Shown: positions 1 through 9,985 of the stretch, one piece after another
Position numbering within the stretch: position 1 is the stretch's first letter
Layout: each line of letters opens with the position of its first letter
Source of the DNA: Phycisphaerae bacterium
GTDB taxonomy: Bacteria > Planctomycetota > Phycisphaerae > SM23-33
NCBI GenBank assembly: GCA_016929245.1
Contig: JAFGJE010000233.1
Coordinates: 1,883 to 65,882 of the forward strand
Direction: 5' to 3'
Length of the DNA: 64,000 nucleotides
Notes under the pieces: model-generated
Databases searched by the model: none
Seen by the model: only the letters and a program-made list of their open reading frames with translations
Told to the model about the DNA's origin: nothing
Translations under genes and position numbers: made by a program

Positions 1-465
1 CACAAATTCGACCCCATCGTACGGGCGATTTCCTCCGTGGCGATGCAGACGCATATGCTGGCTTTAAACGCCTCCGTGGAAGCCGTCCACGCCGGGGATA
101 TCGGGAAGGGATTCACTGTGGTCGCCGACGAGGTGAAAAAACTGGCGGAACGCTCAAAAGTGGAAGTGGCGAAAATCGGCCCGTACGCCGAGGAACTCGT
201 CAGCGCCTTCGCCACCATCGCGGAGAAAATTGCTCAGGCAAACAGCCAAAGTCATACGACGACGGAACTTACCCAGGAAATTCTGGAAGCGGCTATGCAA
301 ATCGCCCATGATACGGAAAAAGACATCGAGTCCGAGGAATTCCCACCGGTGGAACAAAAAGAGATCCGAAAAAATACCAAACCCGGTGAGTCAGAAAAAA
401 GAGCAACGGTAAAATGGAGAACGGAATCAAGCGTGGATGCAATACTGAAACAGGAAATGAAATAA
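1..465 (+). CDS. methyl-accepting chemotaxis protein, C-terminal signalling-domain fragment (5' end outside window)
   Basis: Translation contains the conserved MCP signalling motif [33 protein letters not shown]. The reading frame is open from base 1, so the gene is truncated by the window edge. Confidence 0.8.
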   Translation, partial: HKFDPIVRAISSVAMQTHMLALNASVEAVHAGDIGKGFTVVADEVKKLAERSKVEVAKIGPYAEELVSAFATIAEKIAQANSQSHTTTELTQEILEAAMQIAHDTEKDIESEEFPPVEQKEIRKNTKPGESEKRATVKWRTESSVDAILKQEMK

Positions 466-873
466 GGAAGGATACGAATATTCCCTGTGCCTTTCTTCTC
501 TATAGAAGTATATATAAATTAAGTAGTAGATAGAGATAGAGAACGTGAGAAGTGTGAGAAACATTCTTTTGAAAGACGTAATTGCATGAGAAAGAACAAG
601 ATAGGAACGAAATACGCCGAAATTCAATCGTGAATATCCTGTTGATATTTCTGTATGTACTCCCGCAGGATATCCAGTGGATCTCACAAATCTTCAGGTC
701 GGATTCAGAAAACGATTATTACGAAACAAAATCGAATAACAATCAACACGCAGCCATAAACATATCCACACCTCGCGAAGAAAGGATTGTTGGTAATCCA
801 ACCCGCCTCCTCCAAACGAATCCGGTTATATCGGTACATCGATTCTGAAGGTAGCGTTTGAACGGAACAGGCG

Positions 874-1938
874 TTATTTCGACATATGTATGTCAGCGGA
901 AACGGGTTTATCTGGTTCGAACATGTTGATCAGGGCGAACGGCACGGTTAATTGCGTGGGAAACGGCAGGGGAGACTCGAAAATCTGGATCAATTGTCGC
1001 ACGGCTGCCATGGCAAGGCGTTCTCCCGACGTGGTAATCAGGGGGTAATTTCCAAGATGATACTTATCGATCAACTCGCGGGTGCTTCCGACGACGATGT
1101 TTCGGCTGTCGATGGGATTCCCGCGCATTTCTATGGCGTGGATGAATGATCTCGCTGTTCGCGCTTCGGGAACCAGGTAAGCGGTCGGAGGATTCGCCTG
1201 GGCCAGGAACGCGTCGGCCGCCGGTTCCCCGCCCGCGAAATCCTTTCCCGCCACGTGGATCCAGTCGGCCTCTGCCGGTAGGGAATGGTTCGCCAGCCCC
1301 AGACGATATCCCTCCAGCCAGAGCGAATAATACAGACCCTCCGGCAGGGTTTCGCAAACGAAACCGATACGCCGATGTCCCTGCTTCACGAGGTATTCGA
1401 CCGCGATTTTCCCCATGGTCAGATAGTCATAATCGACAATGTTTCCCTTGATCTTCGATACATTCGACTCTTTGTGCTGGTAATGCCCGATGGCGACATA
1501 GGGAATCGAACAACTTTCCAGCCAATCGAGAAGATTTTCTTTAACGTATCCCGTCACGATCAGACCGTCCACCCCCTTGGCAAAAGAGGAAACCTTTTCG
1601 CAGGCGTCGTCGGCCTTGTCGGGCTCGAGGGAAGCCATTTCGAATCGCATTCCCTGGGACGAGATATTCGCCGCCATGGTGTTGACGATCGTGGGATACA
1701 CCTCATGATGGTGAATGTTTCCGATCAGAAAAAAACCGATGCGCTTCAGTCCGCAGCGGACACCCGGTAAAGGCCGGACCCGCATCCGCTCCCGGCGGGG
1801 CGTATACCCAAGCTCCCGGCTGATTCGAATGACATCTTTTTTGGTCTTCTTGCTGATATTCGGATGATCCGAAAGGGCCATCGATACCGTGGACACGGAA
1901 CATTTACCTGCTTTGGCGATGTCTTTGAGTGTGATCAT
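874..1938 (-). CDS. LacI-family transcriptional regulator
   Basis: N-terminal HTH MITLKDIAKAGKCSVSTVSMALSDHPNIS followed by a periplasmic-binding-protein-like sugar-binding core. Divergent from the PEP-CTERM gene across an AT-rich promoter region. Confidence 0.85.
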   Translation of the reverse strand: MITLKDIAKAGKCSVSTVSMALSDHPNISKKTKKDVIRISRELGYTPRRERMRVRPLPGVRCGLKRIGFFLIGNIHHHEVYPTIVNTMAANISSQGMRFEMASLEPDKADDACEKVSSFAKGVDGLIVTGYVKENLLDWLESCSIPYVAIGHYQHKESNVSKIKGNIVDYDYLTMGKIAVEYLVKQGHRRIGFVCETLPEGLYYSLWLEGYRLGLANHSLPAEADWIHVAGKDFAGGEPAADAFLAQANPPTAYLVPEARTARSFIHAIEMRGNPIDSRNIVVGSTRELIDKYHLGNYPLITTSGERLAMAAVRQLIQIFESPLPFPTQLTVPFALINMFEPDKPVSADIHMSK

Positions 1939-2025
1939 GTACCTGCTTTATACAAACCAAGGACGGCGAATTCAAATCATTAACTACTTCAGTATACTCC
2001 GACTTTTACCATGATGCAAGAACGA

Positions 2026-2041
2026 ATTTGAAATTTCAAAT
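2026..2041. promoter_or_regulatory. 16-bp perfect palindrome ATTTGAAATTTCAAAT in the divergent lacI / PEP-CTERM intergenic region, candidate operator
   Basis: Perfect dyad of TG-N6-CA type read directly from the sequence. It lies about 90 bp upstream of the lacI start and about 190 bp upstream of the PEP-CTERM gene. Confidence 0.25.
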
Positions 2042-2232
2042 ATTTTTATATCCTCTTTATATAAATATATTTGCGTCTATATTTGTTCTTTTATATCAGT
2101 ATTATTTGAATAAAATAATTGAATATATATTTGATTTTTACTTGATTTTCAATCAACGTGGGGTATGATATGGGAGTTGCGGAAGGTCAAAGAAGGACGT
2201 TTACCCAATTCATTCGAGAAAGGAGAAAGACG

Positions 2233-3024
2233 ATGGAAATGGCAAAGAAACTGGCGATGATGGTTCTAACCATTGCGGCCATGAGCGCCTGTGCGAACGC
2301 GACAATGTTGATCAATGAGGATTTCAGTGGTACTGCCGGTGATGCCTTCGATACCACCGGGTGGACGACATGGGCTTTGGGCAATCGTTGGTATACCGAC
2401 AGTTCTCTCGCCGAAAACACCGAGAAGATACTTAGTCTCAAGTATTCCACGAATGGCACGATGGGTCACGCGGGCAGTACGGCAAATCCCGCGGCCATGG
2501 GAATCGTGAATGCCCAGGCTTTCAGCGGAACCGATACAGTCATTACATTTCGGAGCACCCATGATGTCTATGAGTGCGGAGCCATTATTTTCAACTACCA
2601 GGACAAGGACAATTACTACATCTTTGGCGCAAGAAGCATGGATACAGGGATTAACTCCGTGAGTGCCAGCGGGGCCTTATTCCGAAAAGTGGTCGACGGC
2701 ACACCCACCACGATTGCGACGTTTGAAAACCCCCAATGGGACGCCTATGGAGAATTTAAGGGAGTGAATCCGGACGGCGTGACGGTGACGGTCGCGGTGG
2801 ACGGTTCGGATTTCGAATTCAGTATTTCTCGAGCCGACAAGACCACGTTGACCTATACCGCCAGTGATGCGACGTTCGCCAGCGGCGGACAAGCGGGTTT
2901 TATTCTGCAGTCCAAAGTCAACCACAACGTCGCCGATTTATTTACAGTGGTTCCCGAACCGGCGACGATGCTGCTGCTGGCCGGTGGGGCCATGGGTGTG
3001 CTGATTCACAGGAAAGGTCGGTAA
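2233..3024 (+). CDS. PEP-CTERM sorting-domain protein with N-terminal beta-sandwich (lectin/glucanase-like) domain
   Basis: Signal peptide MEMAKKLAMMVLTIAAMSACANA. C-terminus VPEPATMLLLAGGAMGVLIHRKGR is a PEP motif followed by a TM helix and basic tail. AAGGAG Shine-Dalgarno sits 8 nt before the ATG at 2233. The track ORF starts further upstream, at 2158. Confidence 0.8.
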   Translation: MEMAKKLAMMVLTIAAMSACANATMLINEDFSGTAGDAFDTTGWTTWALGNRWYTDSSLAENTEKILSLKYSTNGTMGHAGSTANPAAMGIVNAQAFSGTDTVITFRSTHDVYECGAIIFNYQDKDNYYIFGARSMDTGINSVSASGALFRKVVDGTPTTIATFENPQWDAYGEFKGVNPDGVTVTVAVDGSDFEFSISRADKTTLTYTASDATFASGGQAGFILQSKVNHNVADLFTVVPEPATMLLLAGGAMGVLIHRKGR

Positions 3025-3104
3025 GCGTATAATGTTACTGTAGAGCAACATATCGGACGGCGGCGATTGTGTGTGCGACAACATTTTCTGGTATATCCCT
3101 GAAT

Positions 3105-3227
3105 TGTCATCCTGAGCGTGGCGAGTCTTCGAGCGAAGTCGAAGGATCTTACGCCTGCAAACGTGTGAGATTCTTCGACTTCGTCGCAGGTTCGCCACGC
3201 TCACAAGCGACTCCGCTCAGAATGACA
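3105..3227. repeat. large palindromic repeat element, copy 1 (TGTCATCCTGAGCG ... CGCTCAGAATGACA termini with nested inner hairpin)
   Basis: 14-bp terminal inverted repeats with one mismatch. Inner stem CGAAGTCGAAGGATC / GAGATTCTTCGACTTCG. A related copy lies at 61246-61341. The track ORF 3069-3272 (translation ...CHPERGESS...) is the spurious reading of this element. Confidence 0.6.
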
Positions 3228-3336
3228 ACTATGGGGGCGCCGGAAAAAATTGTCAAACACCGGCGATTTTAATCTGCCGCTGTCCAATGGATATGCGCCT
3301 TGCCAAAAGGACCGGAGCTGACAGAAGAACAAACGA

Positions 3337-4101
3337 ATGAATTCATCACGAAACAGGGCATTTACGTTGATAGAACTTCTCGTTGTGATCGCGATTCTTT
3401 CGCTGTTGGTCTCCATTTTACTGCCGTCTCTGACCTCCGCCAAAGAGTTAGCCCGTCAGGTGCAGTGCATGACGCAACTCCACACGATCGGCATGGCGGA
3501 GAATTATTATATCCAGGACCATAACGAACAGATTATTTACACCCGCGGCGAATATTTCACCCCGTACTGTTCCTTTTGGGCTTCGTTTATCTGGGAACAA
3601 ATGCACGGCAATCTCACCCAGATTCATCAGAACGACATTCGCCTGGATTCCGTGGAATTTCTGCGCTGCCCGACTACACCTTCGGACGGTTATCAAGGCT
3701 GGGCCGATTCTCCGCGAGGCGGGCAGCCGCGCCTGCCCTATACTACGTCTGGTATTTCGTATGAAGGCATTACGTATGCACGAAATTCATTTCATTATCC
3801 TAATGTTCTTTATGCGGATTCCAGGAACCCTGACCCTCAGACGATGGTTTCGATTAACGACTTCCAGGCTCCGGGGGATACCCCGGATGTTACAAATGGG
3901 CTCCATTTTCATGCCACCACGTGGACTCGTAATTGGGATATAGATGAACCTTCGAAACGCGTCGGCGGTCAACGATGCGTCGATTATCGGCATGTGGGAT
4001 TGGATTCGTTGAATCTCCTTCTCTGGGACGGCCATGTGGACAACGTGAAGGAATCCGTTTGGGATAATTACCACATGACGATCAAAGACGATGAAGATTA
4101 A
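3337..4101 (+). CDS. prepilin-type N-terminal cleavage/methylation domain protein (DUF1559 / H-X9-DG family pseudopilin-like)
   Basis: N-terminus MNSSRNRAFTLIELLVVIAILSLLVSILLPSL is a class III signal peptide plus pilin-like helix. C-terminal ...LLLWDGHVDNV is an H-X9-DG-like motif. Confidence 0.85.
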   Translation: MNSSRNRAFTLIELLVVIAILSLLVSILLPSLTSAKELARQVQCMTQLHTIGMAENYYIQDHNEQIIYTRGEYFTPYCSFWASFIWEQMHGNLTQIHQNDIRLDSVEFLRCPTTPSDGYQGWADSPRGGQPRLPYTTSGISYEGITYARNSFHYPNVLYADSRNPDPQTMVSINDFQAPGDTPDVTNGLHFHATTWTRNWDIDEPSKRVGGQRCVDYRHVGLDSLNLLLWDGHVDNVKESVWDNYHMTIKDDED

Positions 4102-4173
4102 TAATTTCCCGAAATCCATTTTCCGACTCATCGCTCAGAAATATCAACTCGTACGGAAAGACGAAATACGATT

Positions 4174-6657
4174 ATGAAGCGTACATTCTATATTCTTGTC
4201 CTTGTATTGATGGCTTCTTCGCGGGTATGGGCGTTGGAATTCGTGGCCGACGCACAGCCGCGGACGGTGATCGTGATTCCAAACGAGCCGTTGGAAGTGG
4301 TTCAAGCGGCGGCGGAAGAGTTGCAATATCACATTCAAAAGGCGACCGGCGCGACACTGCCCATCGCCAAAGAATCCCAAAAGCCTGAAGCAAAAGGGTA
4401 CGTCTACCTGGGCTCAACCCAGGCGGCGAAGCAGGCGGCCTTGCTGAAAAGATTCAAGCCGAATGCATTTGTCATCAAAACCGCCGGCGATACCCTCTAT
4501 ATCGCCGGCGATGATTCCGCGGGAAAAGTGTTTGGTCTTTTAAGCGCCAACACTACCCGCGTTGGTACGCTCCTGGGAGTGTATGAATTTCTGGAAACAA
4601 AACTCGGGGTTCGCTGGCTGTGGCCGGGTGAAGTCGGAGAAGTAATTCCTCACAGAGAAACGATTCGCGTGGAGGACTTTATGCAAACCGGCGGAACCAG
4701 ACTCATAAACAGCCGTTTTAGAGACGGAAGGAACATGAATCTGAAAGCCGGCTGGACAAACGACGCCAATCGACTCAAGTTTCTGAACGAGCAGAGCCGT
4801 TGGCTGCGCCGCCATCGTTTCGCCATCGTCGAGGACGACACCAGTGGACACGCCTATACTCGTTATTGGAAAAGGTTCGGCATAACACATCCGGAATATT
4901 TCAATCAGCTTCCGGACGGTACAAGAAGGCCGGAGGGGTATAGCGGCAATATTTCCATGTGTGTTTCTCAGCCGAAGCTCTGGAAGCAAATCGTGCGGCA
5001 GTGGCGGCAGAGTCGCCAAAAAGGTTCGGCGCGGCGCTCTTTGCTTTGTATTGCGGAAAATGATACGTCGGGCAAATGCACCTGCCCGAATTGTATGGCC
5101 TGGGATGCGCCAGATCCCGATCTGAAATTCCCTTATCACCAGAGGCTGGAGCGGGCCCGTAAGGCATTCATGGAAAAAGACCCCGATTGGGTGAAATATC
5201 TTGGTTCCTTGTCCGACCGATACGCGAAGTTTTATTTGGAGGTCCAAAAGGAGGCAAGGAAATATGATCCGAAGATCAAGGTTCTCGCCTATGCCTACGG
5301 GAATTATCGAAAACCGCCCATCAAAACCAAACTAAATGACGGTATTATCATCAAGAATGTTCCAGGAATAAGTTTTTCCGCGCCGGCAGAAACCTGGACG
5401 AAGTTTCAGGACAATTGGAAGGACTGGCGTCAAACCGGATGCATTCAGGTTCTTCGGCCGAATTACACGCTTACCGGCCATAATATGCCTATAAACTACG
5501 CGAAAACATTCGGGAAACACTTCGCATTCGTCGCCCGAGAAGGGCTGTATGGAACGGACTTTGATTCGTTGACCGGCCAATATGCCGCTCAGGGATTATC
5601 CCTGTATACCATCGCTCGGATGAACCATCGCCCGGATTTGCCCGTCGAGGCGATCCTGAAGGAGTATTATGACGGCTTCGGGCCCGCGGCAGATGCGATT
5701 AAAGCCTATTGGGATTTCTGGCAGGATCTACCCCGGGAATTAACCTCGACAAAGAGAAATGCGATCCGCGCCAGAAAGAAGATTCCCCATTCGCAATGGC
5801 GTCAAACGTACTGGCGGAAATTTGTGCTTTTCACGCCGGAGCTTTTTACGCCCGAACGATTCGAGCTGGGCTATGCGTTATTGGAAAAAGCCCGGACCGC
5901 CGCGGGCGAGGATAAACGGGTTCTGGCGAAAATCGACTTTCTGAAAAAAGGTCTCCGTCACGCGGAATTGACCGTGCAGGCGCAGAAGGCGGTGGATCAA
6001 TATCAATATTTCAAAACCGGCGATATTCACTCGATCGTAGCGGCCGTGAAACAACTGGACGCCTACCGCCGCCGGATCGAACACCATGGCATTTCCAACA
6101 TGGGGCTTCTTCGTGCCTCGGAAGCATTGTTCTGGCCTTTCGCGGACATCGAAGTCGCCGAGAAATCCGCCAAGCCGTTGCCCGAAGTCTGGAAGTTCAA
6201 ATGGGACCCGGAGGATCAGGGTTTACAAGACGGCTGGGCGGCCAGGGAATATGACGACGAGGTGTGGGATTCCATACGTACGGATGCACCCTGGGAGTTA
6301 CAGCCCATCGGGGAGGCCTGGAAGCGCGCCCACGGACAGGACTATGATGGTTACGCCTGGTACAGAACTTCGTTCACAATCGAGCCTGGTGAGTCTTCGG
6401 ATCGCAAGCGAAAGGTCTTTCTTATTTTCGGAGCGGTGGACGAAGCCTGCGTGATTTGGGTAAACGGACAGAAGGTATTAGACAGGCCGTTTCCCTATCA
6501 GGACAACCGGAACTCCTGGCGGGAGCCGTTTACGGTGGAGATCACCCCATATGTTGTCGCCGGCGAAAACAGCCTAGCCGTTCGCGTGGAAGACCGCGGC
6601 GGGCAGGGTGGAATTTTCAAGCCGGTCTGGTTGTCCGTGATGAATGAAGGCAAATAA
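4174..6657 (+). CDS. secreted 827-aa glycoside-hydrolase-like protein with C-terminal galactose-binding-like jelly-roll domain (GH2 sugar-binding-domain type)
   Basis: Signal peptide MKRTFYILVLVLMASSRVWA. Cys cluster CTCPNCMAWD. C-terminal YDGYAWYRTSF...VFLIFGAVDEACVIWVNGQKV resembles the jelly-roll sugar-binding domain of family-2 beta-galactosidases. The N-terminal catalytic family is not assignable by eye. Confidence 0.65.
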   Translation: MKRTFYILVLVLMASSRVWALEFVADAQPRTVIVIPNEPLEVVQAAAEELQYHIQKATGATLPIAKESQKPEAKGYVYLGSTQAAKQAALLKRFKPNAFVIKTAGDTLYIAGDDSAGKVFGLLSANTTRVGTLLGVYEFLETKLGVRWLWPGEVGEVIPHRETIRVEDFMQTGGTRLINSRFRDGRNMNLKAGWTNDANRLKFLNEQSRWLRRHRFAIVEDDTSGHAYTRYWKRFGITHPEYFNQLPDGTRRPEGYSGNISMCVSQPKLWKQIVRQWRQSRQKGSARRSLLCIAENDTSGKCTCPNCMAWDAPDPDLKFPYHQRLERARKAFMEKDPDWVKYLGSLSDRYAKFYLEVQKEARKYDPKIKVLAYAYGNYRKPPIKTKLNDGIIIKNVPGISFSAPAETWTKFQDNWKDWRQTGCIQVLRPNYTLTGHNMPINYAKTFGKHFAFVAREGLYGTDFDSLTGQYAAQGLSLYTIARMNHRPDLPVEAILKEYYDGFGPAADAIKAYWDFWQDLPRELTSTKRNAIRARKKIPHSQWRQTYWRKFVLFTPELFTPERFELGYALLEKARTAAGEDKRVLAKIDFLKKGLRHAELTVQAQKAVDQYQYFKTGDIHSIVAAVKQLDAYRRRIEHHGISNMGLLRASEALFWPFADIEVAEKSAKPLPEVWKFKWDPEDQGLQDGWAAREYDDEVWDSIRTDAPWELQPIGEAWKRAHGQDYDGYAWYRTSFTIEPGESSDRKRKVFLIFGAVDEACVIWVNGQKVLDRPFPYQDNRNSWREPFTVEITPYVVAGENSLAVRVEDRGGQGGIFKPVWLSVMNEGK

Positions 6658-6738
6658 TCCCACAATCGGCCAAATGCTATGATAGATACAATAGACAGCA
6701 GACGCAATCATACGCCGCGCGGGAAGCGATGTATTACT

Positions 6739-7446
6739 ATGCGAGAGAAGACGACAAGAAAGGATGTTCGGCAGATTGAACTGCCTGAAGTGAAGCAAGG
6801 TTTCACCCTCATAGAATTATTGGTCGTGATCGCGATCCTTTCGCTGCTGGTCAGCATTCTTGTACCGAGTCTCACCAAGGCCAGGGAACTCGCCAAAATG
6901 GTCGTCTGTGAGACGCAGTTGCGGAATATCGGATACGCCCTGGGTTTTTATGCGGACGACAATGGGGAATATTTACCCTCCGGCCGCGTCAGGAGAAACA
7001 AGGGGTACTTCTGGTGGTGCCTGTTGTATCCGTATCTGGATTCCAGGGATTACGGGGATAACCATTGGCCCGACCTGGAGGTGTTTCTCTGTCCCACGCA
7101 GGAAGCGCATTACACGCCGGGATCGATTTGGTCTCACTGCGATTACGCCGACAGTTACTGGTTCGGGTATGATCGGGCGCCCAATTCGGCGCCGGCGCCG
7201 GAGTACGATCCCGCGCAGGCGAAGATTTCTCAGGTTCTCCATCCCGCCGATACCGCCTATGCCGTCGACTCGAAAAGCGGGGTCCTTGGCGGCCCGTATG
7301 TATACGGCGCCACGGATCCGCGCGCGGACTTTCGTCATCTCGACGGCGTGACGGCGAACCTGCTTTTCGTCGACGGGCACGTGGAAAATCTTGACTATAG
7401 CGAGGCGGCCGACGTCGACTTCGGCGAAGACAATATTCAACGATAG
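6739..7446 (+). CDS. prepilin-type N-terminal cleavage/methylation domain protein (DUF1559 / H-X9-DG family), second copy
   Basis: ...KQGFTLIELLVVIAILSLLVSILVPSLTKARE with C-terminal ...LLFVDGHVENLDY. Start chosen at the internal Met (MREKTT...). The track ORF begins at 6679. Confidence 0.8.
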   Translation: MREKTTRKDVRQIELPEVKQGFTLIELLVVIAILSLLVSILVPSLTKARELAKMVVCETQLRNIGYALGFYADDNGEYLPSGRVRRNKGYFWWCLLYPYLDSRDYGDNHWPDLEVFLCPTQEAHYTPGSIWSHCDYADSYWFGYDRAPNSAPAPEYDPAQAKISQVLHPADTAYAVDSKSGVLGGPYVYGATDPRADFRHLDGVTANLLFVDGHVENLDYSEAADVDFGEDNIQR

Positions 7447-7510
7447 GCCTTTTCAAAGGTCGGCACGGCCTTTTTGAGGTTCGCCACTTGCTCCAATATG
7501 AAAAGAAAGG

Positions 7511-8785
7511 ATGATTCCTGTGAGAGTACCTAAACAGCATTTCTCCTTCGTATGTCTGATGTGGATGTTTGCGGCGTCTTTGGGGTTCGCCGATCTGCCG
7601 GCTGTGAAAAACGTTGAAGCAAAAGACGGCCGGGTTCTGGTCAACGGTAAACCGTTTTTGCCCATCGGCGTCTACCACGCCGCCCATCATCACAAAGCCG
7701 TTCCCGAAGTGGCTGCCAAGGGATTCAACACCGTGCAAGTATTCGGCGGGACGCCGGAAGCATTAAAAGAAGATCTGGATAATGCGTATGCAAACGGCAT
7801 GTATGGTTTTGCGGCATTACACGGTCTTTGTGAAGATTTAACCCGGCTGGAAAAAATCGTGTTATTGAATCGCGACCATCCCGGTTTGCTGGTCTGGTAT
7901 CTGCATGACGAACCGAATTCGCGTGTCGGAGGTCCTGAATATAAAGACAAACCCAAACACGAACATCCGTATAAAAGGCCTCCGGAGAAACTCAAACCCG
8001 CGTATGACCTGATTAAAAAACTGGACCCCAAACATCCGATCTGGGTCAATCTTGCCCATGGATGGGTAAAGGATTACGTCGCCTATGCACCCATCTGCGA
8101 TATCCTTTCCGGTGACGTGTATCCCGTTCCCAAGTACGGCCTGGAATTTGTGGCAACCTATGTGAATCTTGCAAAGAAGGGTGGTGCGGGCAAAAAAGTC
8201 CTATGGTCGCCGCTCCAGATGTCCCCCGTCCGTCCCGACATGAAAGGCGACGATCGTCCCCCGACGATGAAGGAAGTTCATTGTGCGACGTATATGGCGA
8301 TCGCACACGGCACTACCGGCCTTATGTATTATGCGTTCAATGAAGAAGGATGGGAAGTGGAAGGCTGGCCTTGGTCGAACTGGCGCACCAGCACATCCGC
8401 CCCGGCCTACTGGGCGCAGTGGTCGGACCTGACAGCCGAGTTGAATTCCCTCGCACCGTTGCTCCTTTCGCCGACGATGATAACCAGAATCGGAATACGC
8501 GATTTCAAGAGTACCGACGAAAAGGACGCCGCTAAAAGATCCGACCTGCACCTGGCGTTGAAAAAAGGCAAGGAAAGCTACCTGTTGATCGCCGTGAACG
8601 GCAGCGACAAGACCATCACAGCCTCGATTACACTACCGGAAGAGGTGAGAAAAGCCGACACAACCGCGGCTGTACGTTTTGAGAACCGATTACAGCCGTT
8701 GAAAAACAACATCATTTCGGACCAGTTCGGTCCGCACGAAGTTCACCTGTATGAGATTCCGTTCGCAAGGCCTGTTTCCAGATAG
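7511..8785 (+). CDS. secreted putative glycoside hydrolase (TIM-barrel, cellulase-like superfamily)
   Basis: Signal peptide. Motifs FNTVQVFGG and LLVWYLHDEPN resemble the NEP catalytic-acid region of GH5/GH42-type (beta/alpha)8 hydrolases. Follows the second pseudopilin-like gene. Confidence 0.55.
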   Translation: MIPVRVPKQHFSFVCLMWMFAASLGFADLPAVKNVEAKDGRVLVNGKPFLPIGVYHAAHHHKAVPEVAAKGFNTVQVFGGTPEALKEDLDNAYANGMYGFAALHGLCEDLTRLEKIVLLNRDHPGLLVWYLHDEPNSRVGGPEYKDKPKHEHPYKRPPEKLKPAYDLIKKLDPKHPIWVNLAHGWVKDYVAYAPICDILSGDVYPVPKYGLEFVATYVNLAKKGGAGKKVLWSPLQMSPVRPDMKGDDRPPTMKEVHCATYMAIAHGTTGLMYYAFNEEGWEVEGWPWSNWRTSTSAPAYWAQWSDLTAELNSLAPLLLSPTMITRIGIRDFKSTDEKDAAKRSDLHLALKKGKESYLLIAVNGSDKTITASITLPEEVRKADTTAAVRFENRLQPLKNNIISDQFGPHEVHLYEIPFARPVSR

Positions 8786-8790
8786 TCTCG

Positions 8791-9861
8791 TCACTGTCGC
8801 AGAAGGCAGGCGTGTTGGTGGGTGGGGTCCTTGGTGGTCGGCTTTAAGGTAGGAATTTCACACGTGCAGCGTTTGACTACGCGGTGTGTTTTGCCTTCGA
8901 TGCGAATTTCGGACGTTTCGGCGGCGGACATGCCCTCGGCCTTTTGGCGCGTCAACGGGCAACGCGGGTGGAACGGGCAACCCGTCGGTGGATTGATCGG
9001 CGAGGGCACTTCCCCCGGCAGGCGGATGCGATTCTTGCCCGCGCCCGGCTGGGCTACCGGGACGGCGGAGACCAGCGCCTCGGTGTACGGATGCTGCAGC
9101 CGGCCCGATTGACCCAGGACGATCTCCTTACCGGCGACTTCCACGATCTTGCCCAGGTACATCACGGCAACGTCGTCGGCGAAATGCTCCACCACCGCCA
9201 GGTTGTGGGCGATGAAAAGGTAGCTTAATCCCAGTTCCTCCTGCAGGTCGCTTAACAGGTTGAGAATCTGGGCCTGGATCGACACGTCCAGCGCGCTGAC
9301 GGGTTCGTCGCAGACGATGAAGTCCGGCTGACTCGCCAGCGCCCGCGCGATACCGATGCGTTGCCGCTGCCCGCCGGAGAACTCGTGCGGGTAGCGGTTG
9401 ACGTATTCCGGGGCAAGCCCGACGCGCTGGAGCAGCTCCGCGACGCGATCACGACGCTCGGAGCGAGACAGCGAGAAATGCACCTTCAGCGGTTCGGCGA
9501 CGATCCCGCCGACCGTCATGCGCGGGTTCAGCGAACCGGCGGGGTCCTGGAAGATCATCTGCATCCGCCGGCGGAGTTTTTTTAACTTTCGGCTTGAGAG
9601 AGAAAATATATCTTGTCCATCGAATTGAGCCTGACCCGCCGTCGCGGGGATCAGACGCAGCAGCGTTCTGCCGACGGTAGTCTTGCCCGAACCGCTCTCG
9701 CCGACCAGTCCGAGTGTGCGGCCTCGCTGGAGCGAAAAGCTCACGCCGTCGACGGCCTTGACGACCTTGCCGTGACGCAGAAATCCCCCGCCGACCGGAA
9801 AGTGCGTCTTGAGGTCGCTGACCGTCAGGAGCAGGTTGTTGGTGGTGTCGATCATTATCAT
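8791..9861 (-). CDS. oligopeptide/dipeptide ABC transporter ATP-binding protein (OppF/DppF-like)
   Basis: Walker [13 protein letters not shown] signature LSGGQRQR, Walker B DEPVSALD, and the C-terminal oligopeptide-ABC TOBE-like extension ...GCPFHPRCP... Confidence 0.9.
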   Translation of the reverse strand: MIMIDTTNNLLLTVSDLKTHFPVGGGFLRHGKVVKAVDGVSFSLQRGRTLGLVGESGSGKTTVGRTLLRLIPATAGQAQFDGQDIFSLSSRKLKKLRRRMQMIFQDPAGSLNPRMTVGGIVAEPLKVHFSLSRSERRDRVAELLQRVGLAPEYVNRYPHEFSGGQRQRIGIARALASQPDFIVCDEPVSALDVSIQAQILNLLSDLQEELGLSYLFIAHNLAVVEHFADDVAVMYLGKIVEVAGKEIVLGQSGRLQHPYTEALVSAVPVAQPGAGKNRIRLPGEVPSPINPPTGCPFHPRCPLTRQKAEGMSAAETSEIRIEGKTHRVVKRCTCEIPTLKPTTKDPTHQHACLLRQ

Positions 9862-9985
9862 TCAATGTCGAATGACGAAATTCGAATGACGATTGAATAT
9901 TGAATAATCCAATAACGAAAAAATTCCGTCCTTTTTCGTTTTCGAGCATTCGATATTGATTCGTCATTTATCATTCGAAAATTCG
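9862..9985. repeat. AT-rich 124-bp intra-operon spacer carrying four copies (two direct, two inverted) of a GAATGACGA(A) motif
   Basis: TCGAATGACGAAATTCGAATGACGA ... TTCGTCATTTATCATTCGAAAATTCGTCATTCC lies between the two ABC ATPase genes. Local GC is far below the flanking coding DNA. Confidence 0.4.

Noticed and set aside
3069-3272. 67-aa ORF reading ...CHPERGESSSEVEGS... and ORF 61388-61769 over the second palindrome
   Set aside because: Both are readings of the palindromic repeat elements. Symmetric sequence creates mirror-image pseudo-peptides.
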